NCBI GenBank assembly: GCA_035622735.1
Contig: DASPUT010000023.1
Location: forward strand, 1 to 49,082
DNA from: Thermodesulfovibrionales bacterium
GTDB taxonomy: Bacteria; Nitrospirota; Thermodesulfovibrionia; Thermodesulfovibrionales; UBA9159
Reading direction: 5' to 3'
DNA length: 49,082 bases
The notes under the pieces are model-generated. The model was not told where the DNA came from. It made no database searches and saw only the letters and a program-made list of their open reading frames with translations. A program made the position numbers and the translations under genes. Every line of letters starts with the position of its first letter. Position 1 is the first letter of the stretch. This document shows positions 27,915-37,455 of this stretch, one piece after another.

Positions 27915-28865
27915 ATGGCGAACAGCGAGATTTATGAGGCGATCATTGTCGGAGGGGGTCCTGCGGGACTCGCGGCGGGCCTCTATTGCAAGAGGGCTGC
28001 GCTGAAAACGGTCCTTTTCGAGAAAGGCTTGATCGGCGGTCAGATCGCGATATCAAAAGATGTCGAGAACTACCCGGGCCTGGAGGGTATAACCGGATTC
28101 GACCTTGCTGAGAAGCTCGTCCATCAGGCTCAGTCATTCGGGTTGAACATAATCCAGGAGGAGGTCGAGACGGTAAATGCAGGCGCCGGTCTGCATTCGG
28201 TCCGGCTTGCGAACGGTGATCTGCTCGAGACCGTAGCCCTCATACTCGCGCCGGGCGGCTCGGTGAGGAAACTCGGTATCCCCGGTGAAGCAGAATACCT
28301 CGGCATCGGCGTTTCCTACTGCGCAACCTGTGACGGGTTCTTCTTCAGAGATAAGACCGTTGTTGTTGTCGGCGGGGGCGACACCGCAGTCGAGGAGGCG
28401 CTGTACCTGTCGAAACTCACGAGGAAGGTCTACCTCGTTCACAGGGGAAATGCGCTCCGCGCGAGCAAAATACTTCAGGGTCGCCTGATGAGCGAGCGTG
28501 GTATAGAAATCATCTGGAATACGACCCTTACCGCGATCAAGGGTGACGGAAAATCCGTTGGCGCCGTTGCGTTCAAGAATGTCCTCACCGGGGAAACGGG
28601 AGAATTCGAGACGGAGGGAGTCTTCATCTTTATTGGTTATTCACCGAATAATCAGTTGATCCCCCCTCAAGTTATGATGAACGAAAGGGGTTTCGTAATT
28701 ACGGACGATACGTGTGCTACGAACGTTCCCGGCATCTTTGCCGCCGGTGACTTGCGACAGAAGTTTGCGAACCAGATCGTCGTTGCTGCGGCTGACGGAT
28801 GTATTGCAGCACTGGCTGCAGCGCATTATGTGGAGCTTCAGAAGGCCGGAACCAAGTCGTCCTGA
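27915..28865 (+). CDS. trxB: Thioredoxin-disulfide reductase
   Basis: It has GGGPAG, the redox-active CATCDG, GGGDTAVEEA and GDL. Confidence 0.95.
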   Translation: MANSEIYEAIIVGGGPAGLAAGLYCKRAALKTVLFEKGLIGGQIAISKDVENYPGLEGITGFDLAEKLVHQAQSFGLNIIQEEVETVNAGAGLHSVRLANGDLLETVALILAPGGSVRKLGIPGEAEYLGIGVSYCATCDGFFFRDKTVVVVGGGDTAVEEALYLSKLTRKVYLVHRGNALRASKILQGRLMSERGIEIIWNTTLTAIKGDGKSVGAVAFKNVLTGETGEFETEGVFIFIGYSPNNQLIPPQVMMNERGFVITDDTCATNVPGIFAAGDLRQKFANQIVVAAADGCIAALAAAHYVELQKAGTKSS

Positions 28866-28884
28866 TGCGGCAGGCGGAACCGTC

Positions 28885-29487
28885 TTAAGAACGTAGGCGC
28901 TGCCGACCGCTCACAAAAGGATTGCCTCGCTCATAGAAGCGAAGCATGCGGTCGGCGGCCCGTGTGATGCCGATGCGTTCACTCCTCCCAATGGGGCCGG
29001 ATTCTCTCACTTCTCTTCCGAGCCGGAGCGGCCCGCCTGCACAGAGGTCGGCACCGTCATATCGTTTATCAATACCCATCGCCGAGGCGAGTCTGCCCGG
29101 GCCCCTGGCGAGGTCGAGCACCCTTCTTGTGCGGCGATGGCGCACCATTAACGTGATTCCATCGAGAGGTTCGAGTGCACGCAAAAGCACCCCGGCGCCA
29201 ATACCGTCCAGCTCGCTCGAAATGTTGAGAAGATACGAGGTTCCGTATGCGAGGTGGACGTAGGCATGTCCTCGAGCGAGATAGAGAGACCGATTGCCCT
29301 TTGTTGGTCCGCGAAAGGCGTGTCCGCTCGGATCACCGACCGGATATGCCTCCGTCTCGACAATACGTCCCATCAACCTCTCCACGGGGAGGTCATGGAT
29401 AAGCGTCTTGCCGATGAGATACCGAGCGAGTTCGACAGTATCGATGGGCAGTTCCTTACGATGAAGACGACGGATGACTGAGTCCAC
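28885..29487 (-). CDS. DNA-3-methyladenine glycosylase (AAG/MPG family)
   Basis: It shows ETEAY...DPSGHAFRGPTKGN..LY...GHAYVHLAYG..YLLNI. Confidence 0.9.
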   Translation of the reverse strand: MDSVIRRLHRKELPIDTVELARYLIGKTLIHDLPVERLMGRIVETEAYPVGDPSGHAFRGPTKGNRSLYLARGHAYVHLAYGTSYLLNISSELDGIGAGVLLRALEPLDGITLMVRHRRTRRVLDLARGPGRLASAMGIDKRYDGADLCAGGPLRLGREVRESGPIGRSERIGITRAADRMLRFYERGNPFVSGRQRLRS

Positions 29488-30043
29488 GGTATCTGAAGCA
29501 GCCCGTCGTATGGTCGTTCACCATTCCGACCGCCTGCATGAAGGCGTAACAGATAATCGGACCGACAAAGGCAAACCCCCGCTTCGAAAGGTCCATGCTC
29601 ATGGCATCTGATTCAGGTGTTCTTGAGGGAACTTCCTTCGCGATCCTCCACGAGTTCACCTTCGGTTTGCCGCCCGTAAACTGCCAGATGTACGCGTCGA
29701 AGCTCCCGTACTCCTTCTGAACCCTGAGATAGGCCCGGGCATTCCAGATGGCTGCATTGATCTTCAGTCTGTTCCTGATTATCCCCTCGTCTTTCATCAA
29801 CGATTCGACTTTTCTTTCATCGTAACGAGAGATCATCTTTGCATCAAATCCATCAAAGACATGCCGGTAATGTTCTCTCTTCCTGAGGATGATAGGCCAA
29901 CGCAACCCGGCCTGCACCCCCTCCAACAGCAGGAATTCGAAGAGCTTTCTCTCATCGTGGAGAGGCACCCCCCATTCCCTGTCATGGTACTTCTTGACGA
30001 GTTCGTCATCGGTAACCCATCTGCATCTGGTCTTCAGAACCAT
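29456..30043 (-). CDS. tag: DNA-3-methyladenine glycosylase I
   Basis: It has YHDREWGVPLHDERKLFEFLLLEGVQAGLRW and a C-terminal Zn-site region. Confidence 0.92.
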   Translation of the reverse strand: MVLKTRCRWVTDDELVKKYHDREWGVPLHDERKLFEFLLLEGVQAGLRWPIILRKREHYRHVFDGFDAKMISRYDERKVESLMKDEGIIRNRLKINAAIWNARAYLRVQKEYGSFDAYIWQFTGGKPKVNSWRIAKEVPSRTPESDAMSMDLSKRGFAFVGPIICYAFMQAVGMVNDHTTGCFRYRGLSHPSSSS

Positions 30044-30323
30044 CGCATCATCCCGTAGACCGCTTCCTGAAAAGTTCAGAAGGTAGGTCGATCGCCCCTT
30101 GAGAGGGCAGACGCAACCCTCGATAAATAGCTACGAAGAGGTTTGACTTCATAGATTATTCGGTCTCTCTCCTGTCACGGACTCTGATTAAAGTCTATCT
30201 CAAAGAAACCGCTTGTCAATGGAGGAGCTACCCGTGGAGGCCAAAAGGGGAGAGGAGACTCGCTTATCTACGTCCCATCTCCAAGAGAAAAAAGCGATTC
30301 CGGTATAATAAACTGGAGGAGAA

Positions 30324-30818
30324 ATGCAAAAGCCAGTACATGGGAAGACGGGTATTTCGCCCTATATCACGCCGGAAGGCCAAAGTCGATTACAAGAGGA
30401 GCTCTCCCATTTATGGAAGCATAAACGGCCCCAGGTTACTCAGGCTGTTGCTGATGCCGCTGCGATGGGCGATCGTTCGGAGAACGCTGAGTACATTTAT
30501 GGTAAGAAGCAACTGCGGCAGATCGATTCCCGCATACGGTTTCTCACAAGGAGGTTGAGCGAGCTGATCGTCGTTGACAGGATACCCGATGACACCTCAA
30601 GGGTATTCTTCGGTGCTTGGGTTGAAATTGAGGACACCGATGGAAATGTATTCCGATATCGCATTGTCGGTCCTGATGAATTCGATCCTGAAAAGGGGTT
30701 TATCAGCATCGACTCACCTATGGCCAGAGCGTTGTTACGGCGGAAGGAGGGCGATGAGGTCGTCGTGAACGTCCAGAACAGCACCAGCGCCTTTGTCGTG
30801 CTTTCCGTCCGGTATTGA
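30324..30818 (+). CDS. greB: Transcription elongation factor GreB (GreA/GreB family)
   Basis: ITPEGQSRLQEEL..GDRSENAEYIYGKKQLRQIDSRIRFL..FFGAWVEIED..ISIDSPMARALL closely parallels E. coli GreB as I recall it. Confidence 0.88.
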   Translation: MQKPVHGKTGISPYITPEGQSRLQEELSHLWKHKRPQVTQAVADAAAMGDRSENAEYIYGKKQLRQIDSRIRFLTRRLSELIVVDRIPDDTSRVFFGAWVEIEDTDGNVFRYRIVGPDEFDPEKGFISIDSPMARALLRRKEGDEVVVNVQNSTSAFVVLSVRY

Positions 30819-30965
30819 TTCTGCTCGCTTAACCTTTCGCAGTTCCTAGGTTGACCGTTCGAAATGGAGAAAAGCCTCTCTCGTTGTTCGTCATTCGCAG
30901 GATTTTTGTATCTTATGCGACAAAAAGAGCGTGACACATTCTGAGAATCGGGAGAACTTGACAGT

Positions 30966-31205
30966 ATGAGGTTTCGCGATAGACTTGATCTAAGAGGTGA
31001 GGACAACCGGTCCGAGCCACGTTCCGAAGCAGCGAGCGGCCCGGAAAAACTGAAAGAGACAGCGAATATCGACCGCACAGACACAGGCAACAGGGAGACC
31101 CCGGCAGTCGTTCAGCAAAGGCTTCAGGCTGATGATTCCATAGCCATGCTATCGCCATCTTTGTTGAAAGCTTCCAAGCCCCGATTCTTGAAAGTAAAGA
31201 AGTGA
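30966..31205 (+). CDS. Hypothetical hydrophilic 79-aa protein (uncertain)
   Basis: The ORF's TGA overlaps the GTG start of the next ORF (GTGA), a pattern typical of translational coupling. The sequence is charged and low in complexity, with only a weak SD. Confidence 0.3.
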   Translation: MRFRDRLDLRGEDNRSEPRSEAASGPEKLKETANIDRTDTGNRETPAVVQQRLQADDSIAMLSPSLLKASKPRFLKVKK

Positions 31206-32377
31206 AACGGGAGAGTTCTCTGTCTATGGTTCGGGAGCTTATGATCGAATTTGCCGATCGTACGGGACTCTTATCCGACAAGAAGCCTCCTCGTCGATAC
31301 TTATGGACTGACGCCTTCGCAGTTTGCAACTTCCTTGAGCTCTATCATGATACAGGTGATGAGCACTATCGCCGCCTCGCGCTGAGCCTTGTCGATCAGG
31401 TCCATGCCATACTCGGCAGACACCGTGAAGACGACACGCGAAACGGCTGGATCAGCGGGCTCGGAGAGCAGGAAGGCAGACTGCATCCTACCATAGGCGG
31501 TTTGCGTATCGGTAAACAGATGAACGAGCGAAGGCCTTCCGATCCCTTTGATGAAGACCTGGAAAGGGACCGGGACGGGCAGTACTACCATTACCTGACG
31601 AAGTGGATGCATGCCCTGAATCGCGTCAGCCGGATCACGGGGGATGCAACGTACCTTACGTGGGCGATGGAGCTGGCGAAAACGGTCCATGCAAGGTTCA
31701 CCTACGTCCCGTTGTCGCAACGGCAGAGACGTATGTACTGGAAGATGAGCATAGACCCTTCCTATCCTCTCGTGCCATCTATGGGTCACCATGATCCTCT
31801 CGACGGATATATCACTTACAACGAGCTTCAGGCTAGCGCGGGCGAAATTGCCGGAGGATCGACGTTGCCGGACCTCTCCGGCGAGATTGCCGATATGGCC
31901 GCTATCTGCAGAGGGAAAAGCTGGGCCACGGACGACCCCCTTGGAATAGGCGATGCCCTGTGCATTGCCTGCAAGGTGGTCCAGCTGTTCGCGAAGGGTC
32001 ATTTTGAAGAAACCGACTTGTTCGAGAATTTATTGGATTCTTCCCTGGTCGGTTTGGAATCCTATGCCGGAAGGCATTTCCTGCAACTTCCCATTGAATA
32101 CCGTCTCGCCTTTCGGGAGCTCGGACTATCGATCGGATTGCGCGCTGTCGAAAAGATGCGCGGATTGATGAGGAAAAGGCCGGATCTCTTCGATAGGGAA
32201 CGCCGGATAGATTCGCGGGTTGAAACCCTGATGCGGCATGCGCCGATTACTGAAACCATCGAAACTCTCTGGCTCCAGGGCCCGAGCAGAGAAGCGAGGA
32301 GTTGGACTGCCCATCGCGATATCAATACGGTGATGTTGGCAACGAGCCTCGCCCCTGACGAGTATCTGACCCTTTGA
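31202..32377 (+). CDS. Hypothetical protein (helical-repeat look, no recognised family)
   Basis: The 391-aa ORF has coherent composition (YLWTDAFAVCNFLELY..., YYHYLTKWMHAL...). An alternative ATG start lies at MVRELM. Confidence 0.7.
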   Translation: MKRESSLSMVRELMIEFADRTGLLSDKKPPRRYLWTDAFAVCNFLELYHDTGDEHYRRLALSLVDQVHAILGRHREDDTRNGWISGLGEQEGRLHPTIGGLRIGKQMNERRPSDPFDEDLERDRDGQYYHYLTKWMHALNRVSRITGDATYLTWAMELAKTVHARFTYVPLSQRQRRMYWKMSIDPSYPLVPSMGHHDPLDGYITYNELQASAGEIAGGSTLPDLSGEIADMAAICRGKSWATDDPLGIGDALCIACKVVQLFAKGHFEETDLFENLLDSSLVGLESYAGRHFLQLPIEYRLAFRELGLSIGLRAVEKMRGLMRKRPDLFDRERRIDSRVETLMRHAPITETIETLWLQGPSREARSWTAHRDINTVMLATSLAPDEYLTL

Positions 32378-32433
32378 GCAGAATCGATAAGGGAGAGGGA
32401 ATCGCGCAGAAGGTCAGCAAACTGAGAGAAAAA

Positions 32434-33123
32434 TTAGAGCGCCGTCAGGAGCAGAGAGGGTTCACCTCGCTCGATCTTTATCTTTACGTGAAGGCCTTTC
32501 AACTTGAGTCTGTAGTCGCCGGGGAGGGGAACAGACTTCCAGTCGAGCCGATCGAGGAGCGAATGGAGTTTCTCGGAAGTCGTGGCTCCCCAGATCTCTC
32601 TGAGACCTCCTTCGTCGTTGAAATAGAGCAAGACCTCGGCCGTGCCATCGCTCCCCCCTTCCGAGTAGTCAGTTTCGATACCCTTGTGGAGAGCTTTCTT
32701 GATAGACTCCGATGCAATTTCCGCAAAGGTCGAGGCGCGGAAAACAAAGGCGTGGTGGATCTGTGCGAGCCTCGTCATCTCCTGTCCCTGGGCGGCCATG
32801 TCCGCGGTAGTCGTCGGAGAAGTTTCGGGACCCTTCGCCGGTTCGGTGATTGACTGGGGTTTTCCCTCATCGTTCACTTCCTTATCTGCCGGGAGCTCGG
32901 TCTCGACGGCTCTTTCTTCGGCTGCCTCCGCTGGCTTGGCGGTCTTGATCTGCGCGTCGGTTCTTGTCTGACTGGCGTCCGTCGTCAGCCCCGGGTTGTC
33001 CTCGTAAAGTGCAACCGTTAGGGCCGGAGGCGCTTTCGGATGAAACTGCGAGACTGCTGCGAGAAGCAGTACCGCGATGAGATGGACGAAGACCGAAGAA
33101 ATGCACTGTTCCTTGATATTCAT
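32434..33123 (-). CDS. Hypothetical membrane-anchored protein with an acidic/Pro-rich linker
   Basis: I chose the start at MNIKEQC, followed by a TM helix (VFVHLIAVLLLAAV), a linker rich in T/P/E/A, and a C-terminal globular part. The architecture is TonB-like, but I saw no TonB motif. Confidence 0.6.
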   Translation of the reverse strand: MNIKEQCISSVFVHLIAVLLLAAVSQFHPKAPPALTVALYEDNPGLTTDASQTRTDAQIKTAKPAEAAEERAVETELPADKEVNDEGKPQSITEPAKGPETSPTTTADMAAQGQEMTRLAQIHHAFVFRASTFAEIASESIKKALHKGIETDYSEGGSDGTAEVLLYFNDEGGLREIWGATTSEKLHSLLDRLDWKSVPLPGDYRLKLKGLHVKIKIERGEPSLLLTAL

Positions 33124-33356
33124 GACTATTATTTTACACTGGGAGGGTCTACAAAAACCACTCGCAAAAAGAGTACGCGAAAATGCGAGTGAAGCTTCAA
33201 ACCCCTGAATCCTTCCGAACGTTGGGCTTCTCATTTATTTGACGGGAAGAGGCAAGAGTTCTGAAGAGGATGTTTGTACCCTCCCCGATTTCTGATAGAC
33301 TTTAGACAGAGCCTATATTGATCTCGGGCAAACGGATGCAAGGGAAGGAGGATTTC

Positions 33357-34160
33357 ATGGAAAAGATATTGCCTGTACTCTTTATTTTTTCGCTGGTCGT
33401 AACGGCTGGAGGTTTTGCGGCAAAGCAGGATATCGAAGGGAAGGCGGTGAGCTACAGCGCGCAGGGGGTGGTGATGAAGGGTTACCTTGCCTACGATAAG
33501 GGTATTTCGGGCAGGAGACCCGGTGTCCTTGTCGTTCACGAATGGTGGGGACTGAACGACTATACCCGTAAGCGTGCGAGGATGCTTGCAGAGATGGGCT
33601 ATACCGCCCTCGCTCTCGACATGTATGGCGGGGGGAAGCAGGCGATTCATCCTGATGACGCGGGGAAATTCTCATCGGAGCTCATGAAGAACTTTGACGT
33701 CGCAAAGGCCCGGTTTATGGCAGCTCTCGATTTTCTCAAGCAACAGCCGACGGTTGACCCTCTTCGAATCGCTGCCATTGGATATTGCTTCGGAGGAGGG
33801 GTGGTGCTGAACATGGCACGGGAGGGCGTTGACCTGAAAGGGGTCGCGAGTTTCCACGGTGGCCTCAACGCAGTGAAACCAGCCCAGCCCGGAGCGGTGA
33901 AGGCCAAAGTCCTTGTGCTGCACGGAGCGGATGACAAGTTCATCACGCCCGAGCAGATTGACGCGTTCAAAAACGAGATGAAGAATGCCGGAGTTGATTA
34001 TCGGTTCATCGCTTATCCGGGAGCGATCCACGGCTTCACGAACCCCGAAGCAGATGAATACGCGAAGAAGTTTAATCTCCCGCTCGGCTATAACGCAGAA
34101 GCCGACAGGAAGTCGTGGGAGGAGCTTGAGAAGTTTCTCTCGACAATATTCGAGAAATAG
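33357..34160 (+). CDS. Dienelactone hydrolase family protein (secreted)
   Basis: GGAAGGAGG precedes the ATG. It has a signal peptide, VVHEWWGLN, the nucleophile motif GYCFGG, and a C-terminal HGF. Confidence 0.9.
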   Translation: MEKILPVLFIFSLVVTAGGFAAKQDIEGKAVSYSAQGVVMKGYLAYDKGISGRRPGVLVVHEWWGLNDYTRKRARMLAEMGYTALALDMYGGGKQAIHPDDAGKFSSELMKNFDVAKARFMAALDFLKQQPTVDPLRIAAIGYCFGGGVVLNMAREGVDLKGVASFHGGLNAVKPAQPGAVKAKVLVLHGADDKFITPEQIDAFKNEMKNAGVDYRFIAYPGAIHGFTNPEADEYAKKFNLPLGYNAEADRKSWEELEKFLSTIFEK

Positions 34161-34176
34161 TCTGAGATAGGATTGC

Positions 34177-34656
34177 CTATGGTGCCTCTGCGGAGATTAA
34201 TACGAGGTCCAGCGTTGCACCGGATGCGGACTTTTCAGGGTAGTGCTGTGTCACGAGCGTCTTGAATCCGGCTGCAGAGACGCGTACGTGAATGTGAGGG
34301 GGCCTGTCATTGTAATGACCAGGGTAGTCGCTCTCGAAGCGGAATGCTCCGGCATTGTCTGCATAGACCGTTGCCCGGTGATTGTCATCATACTTCCCGT
34401 CAGGTCCGGCAAGCCAGAATTCAATATTCGCGCCTCTGATCGGGGAGCAGTCCCTCGATGACCGGACGACACCGTTCAAGACGTATCCCCTTCCGACGCT
34501 CGATCGCACCGGGGCACCGGCCTTGTAAAAAGGTCCGAGCATATCGGGTTCCGTCGGCTTGCAGGTTTCTGCTTGGGCAAGCGAGAAGACCGCCGTGAGC
34601 AAGACGGGGAAGAAAAGGAAGATTTTCACAATATATCTCATACCATGTCTTAACAA
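34177..34656 (-). CDS. Intradiol ring-cleavage dioxygenase-like protein (secreted)
   Basis: It has a signal peptide and GPFY...IEFWLAGPDGKY...YPGHYNDRPPHIHVRV. Confidence 0.8.
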   Translation of the reverse strand: MLRHGMRYIVKIFLFFPVLLTAVFSLAQAETCKPTEPDMLGPFYKAGAPVRSSVGRGYVLNGVVRSSRDCSPIRGANIEFWLAGPDGKYDDNHRATVYADNAGAFRFESDYPGHYNDRPPHIHVRVSAAGFKTLVTQHYPEKSASGATLDLVLISAEAP

Positions 34657-34768
34657 TACATCAGATTTTTTCTCTCACCAATACCGACGAACAGGGAAGT
34701 CCGGCCTCCTCCCAGAAAAAAACTATTTGAGGTTTTCATCGTATTTGTCTCCCAATTTCGTCCGGTGG

Positions 34769-35731
34769 TCATGGGTTCCACAGATACATGAATTGCGTCC
34801 CTGAAGGCACCGGGAAGTCCTCCGCATTTATGGAGATAAGGTTGACGACTTGCGGGCCGGACGGTGGCGTTTCGGAATATATCGTCGACTTGAAGGCCTT
34901 GGGGCGGACATAGGTTATGACCCTGGCATGTTCGATATTGAGCGCCGTCTTCATGCCGTTTATCGTTTCATCCAGATAAGCGACCTGGTCGATGAGTCTT
35001 GCATCGAAGGCCTCTCCCGCCGTGAATATGCGGCCGTCGGCAAGGACCCGCACCTCCTGTTCCGTCAGAAGTTTCTGCCTGTTCGCATAGACCACCTCGA
35101 CGAAGCGGGCGTAAAGTTTATCGATGATGTCCTGAAACATCTTCTTCTCTTCAGCCGTGGTCGGGCGGAAAGGAGACCAGAAGTCCTTCTTGGCCCCCGA
35201 TTTGAACGTCTCTTCGGAGACCCCTATCTTTGAGAGAAGCCCCTCTACATTGAACTTCATGGCAACAACACCTATGCTGCCTGTTATCGCGGTGGGACTC
35301 GCGACGATACGATCAGAAGCGGCTGCCACATAATAGCCCCCTGATGCGCCAAGCTCCATGATGAAAGCAGTTACGGGTATTTTTCTTCTCTCCCTGAAAC
35401 TCATGATCTCATGATAGATCGTGTCGCTTGCGGAAACGGTACCACCGGGCGAATTGACCCTTACGATCACTCCTGCGATGTCAGGGTCCGCCTCTGCCTT
35501 GAGGAGCGCCTCCCTGAAAGAAGCGACTTTCGAGGGTCGCGTTCCATGGAGGAGACTATCCCTCTCCTCCTTAAAGGAGATCACGCCATCCAGATCCACC
35601 AGGAGTATTTTCTGTTTTCCGTCGCCTTCAAGCACCTTTTCATCGAGAGGTTTTGTCTCGGGCAGAAGCGACACCGCGCACCCCGAAAGGACCAAGAGGG
35701 AAAGGACAAAGAGAAGTGCATTTCTTTTCAT
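34769..35731 (-). CDS. sppA: Signal peptide peptidase SppA (36K type, S49)
   Basis: It shows INSPGGTVSAS, GASGGYYVA, and a lipoprotein-like N-terminus. Confidence 0.9.
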   Translation of the reverse strand: MKRNALLFVLSLLVLSGCAVSLLPETKPLDEKVLEGDGKQKILLVDLDGVISFKEERDSLLHGTRPSKVASFREALLKAEADPDIAGVIVRVNSPGGTVSASDTIYHEIMSFRERRKIPVTAFIMELGASGGYYVAAASDRIVASPTAITGSIGVVAMKFNVEGLLSKIGVSEETFKSGAKKDFWSPFRPTTAEEKKMFQDIIDKLYARFVEVVYANRQKLLTEQEVRVLADGRIFTAGEAFDARLIDQVAYLDETINGMKTALNIEHARVITYVRPKAFKSTIYSETPPSGPQVVNLISINAEDFPVPSGTQFMYLWNP

Positions 35732-35856
35732 CTCCGACTCCTTAACCGAGCGGCATCAAGAATAGAATAGATATATAAATTATAGCAGAGAAGAGGGCAG
35801 ATCGTTATATTTCCCGTACCGTCGACGGCTAGGCGGTGCCGAGCGGCGATCGGAAG

Positions 35857-37029
35857 TCATTGCCGGGGAGGAACCCTGTTCGGAACGATGCGGTAAATCC
35901 TGTCGTCTCCCGGCAGCGGATGTCCCCTTCCGTCCCTGTTGTTTGTGAGAAAGTAGAGAGCTCCGTCAGGCCCTTCGACCACGTCCCGTAACCTTCCGTA
36001 TTTCCCTTCATTGTAGTTACGGGCAAACCATCTCTCGATTCTTGCGGGTCTTTCCCCGTTCCCTTCGAATTGTATCCGTATGAGGGCCTGGCTCTTCAGC
36101 GTAGCAACAAAAAGGTTGCCCCTGAGAGAATTGAGGAGATGTCCTTTATAAAATGTTATGCCTGAAGGCGGGGTAGTCTTTTTCCAAACGATGATAGGGT
36201 CGAGATAGGGTTTCTTGCCCGGTGCGCCGATCACCTCCGGCCAGCCGTAATTTCCGCCTTTCACGATCACATTAATTTCGTCATTCGCAAAATGTCCGAA
36301 TTCACCTGAGGGCCCGTGCTCTGATTCGAAGAGTCTTCCTGTGCCGGGTTGCCACGCGATGCCCTGTGGGTTCCTGTTGCCGTAAGAATAAACGGGAGAG
36401 TCTTTGAAGGGGTTATCGGCAGGGACTGCTCCTTCGGGAGTCACCCGCAATATCTTTCCGCCAAGGGAAGACAGGTCCTGAGAGAGGTCTGCCTGAAAGG
36501 TCTCGCCCGTCGTGATGTAGAGCATTCCGTCTGGACCGAAGGCTATCCTTCCCCCGTCGTGAAACCTGCCGCCCGGGATATTGTCGATCACGACCCTGTC
36601 GAATGTCCCCGTATCACCGTCGTCCTTGAGTCTTATGACCCTGTTGCAAAGCCTTCCATCTTTTTCATAGGTATGCATGGCATAGACATAGGGCTGTCGG
36701 GGGAATTCCGGATGGAGTGCGAGCCCCATGAGTCCCCCTTCGCCGATAGCGGCGACATTGAGCGTCGCATATGCCTTTTCCCGAACCTTGCCGTTCTTGA
36801 TGAGCCTCACTGTCCCCGGCCTTTCGCTCACGAGCGCTTTCTCATCACTCAGAAAGACGAGGGACCACGGTACGTCGAGATCTTTAACCCACGTCTCGAC
36901 GTTTACGCGATCTCCATTTATCAGGAAGACGTCCTCTATCTTTTGGGGTTTATCTCCCTCTATCTGAGAACATGAGCCGACAGTGGCGATAAGATGGAGA
37001 AAGGCTACGATTAGTAATATCCTCTTCAT
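35857..37029 (-). CDS. PQQ-dependent sugar dehydrogenase (soluble aldose/sorbosone dehydrogenase family)
   Basis: It shows PWSLVFL, GEGGLMGLALHP, HDGGRIAFGPDG, GNRNPQGIAW and EHGP. Confidence 0.9.
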   Translation of the reverse strand: MKRILLIVAFLHLIATVGSCSQIEGDKPQKIEDVFLINGDRVNVETWVKDLDVPWSLVFLSDEKALVSERPGTVRLIKNGKVREKAYATLNVAAIGEGGLMGLALHPEFPRQPYVYAMHTYEKDGRLCNRVIRLKDDGDTGTFDRVVIDNIPGGRFHDGGRIAFGPDGMLYITTGETFQADLSQDLSSLGGKILRVTPEGAVPADNPFKDSPVYSYGNRNPQGIAWQPGTGRLFESEHGPSGEFGHFANDEINVIVKGGNYGWPEVIGAPGKKPYLDPIIVWKKTTPPSGITFYKGHLLNSLRGNLFVATLKSQALIRIQFEGNGERPARIERWFARNYNEGKYGRLRDVVEGPDGALYFLTNNRDGRGHPLPGDDRIYRIVPNRVPPRQ

Positions 37030-37195
37030 GCGGACTACCTTATCTCATCTTATCATACTCCACGACCGGTAACGATACCAGTTTCTTGAGGGCCCCGAAC
37101 CCGTCATTTGTCGGCGTTAAGCCCCTGCGTTGTCACACTGACAGATGAGACCGTGGAAATGACATTCTTTATCCGTCTCCGTAATGGCGCTTCGA

Positions 37196-37224
37196 TTGAC
37201 AGCACCGTTAATGCCTGATAAACT
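37196..37224 (+). promoter_or_regulatory. Sigma70-like promoter (TTGACA-17-TAAACT) upstream of the Lys-rich small ORF
   Basis: This is a motif match about 60 nt before the ATG at 37285. Confidence 0.35.
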
Positions 37225-37284
37225 TTTGTCACACCATGGAGAGGTTCGCCTCTATCGAAAAAAATGAGTTCTTGAGGAGGAATA

Positions 37285-37455
37285 ATGGTAAAGAAAAAGA
37301 CTGTGAAGAAAGTTCTGAAGAAAGCAGTGAAACAGGCTAAAGGAGTAGAAAAGAAGATAGTAAAGAAAGTCGTGAAGAAGGCAAAGGAGATCGAGAAAAA
37401 AGTCTCGAAGCGGATCTCGTCGACGGCAAAGACAGTCAGGAAGAAGGTTCTTTAA
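37285..37455 (+). CDS. Unlisted 56-aa lysine-rich basic protein
   Basis: GAGGAGGAATA precedes the ATG. The translation is MVKKKTVKKVLKKAVKQAKGVEKKIVKKVVKKAKEIEKKVSKRISSTAKTVRKKVL (22 Lys + 2 Arg). It is below the 60-aa cutoff of the ORF track. The 98-aa minus-strand ORF here is its low-complexity antisense. Confidence 0.5.
   Translation: MVKKKTVKKVLKKAVKQAKGVEKKIVKKVVKKAKEIEKKVSKRISSTAKTVRKKVL

Noticed and set aside
28484-28500. CTGATGAG string (hammerhead-ribozyme core-like)
   Set aside because: It lies inside the trxB coding frame (..RLMSER..). No flanking stems or GAAA element complete a hammerhead.
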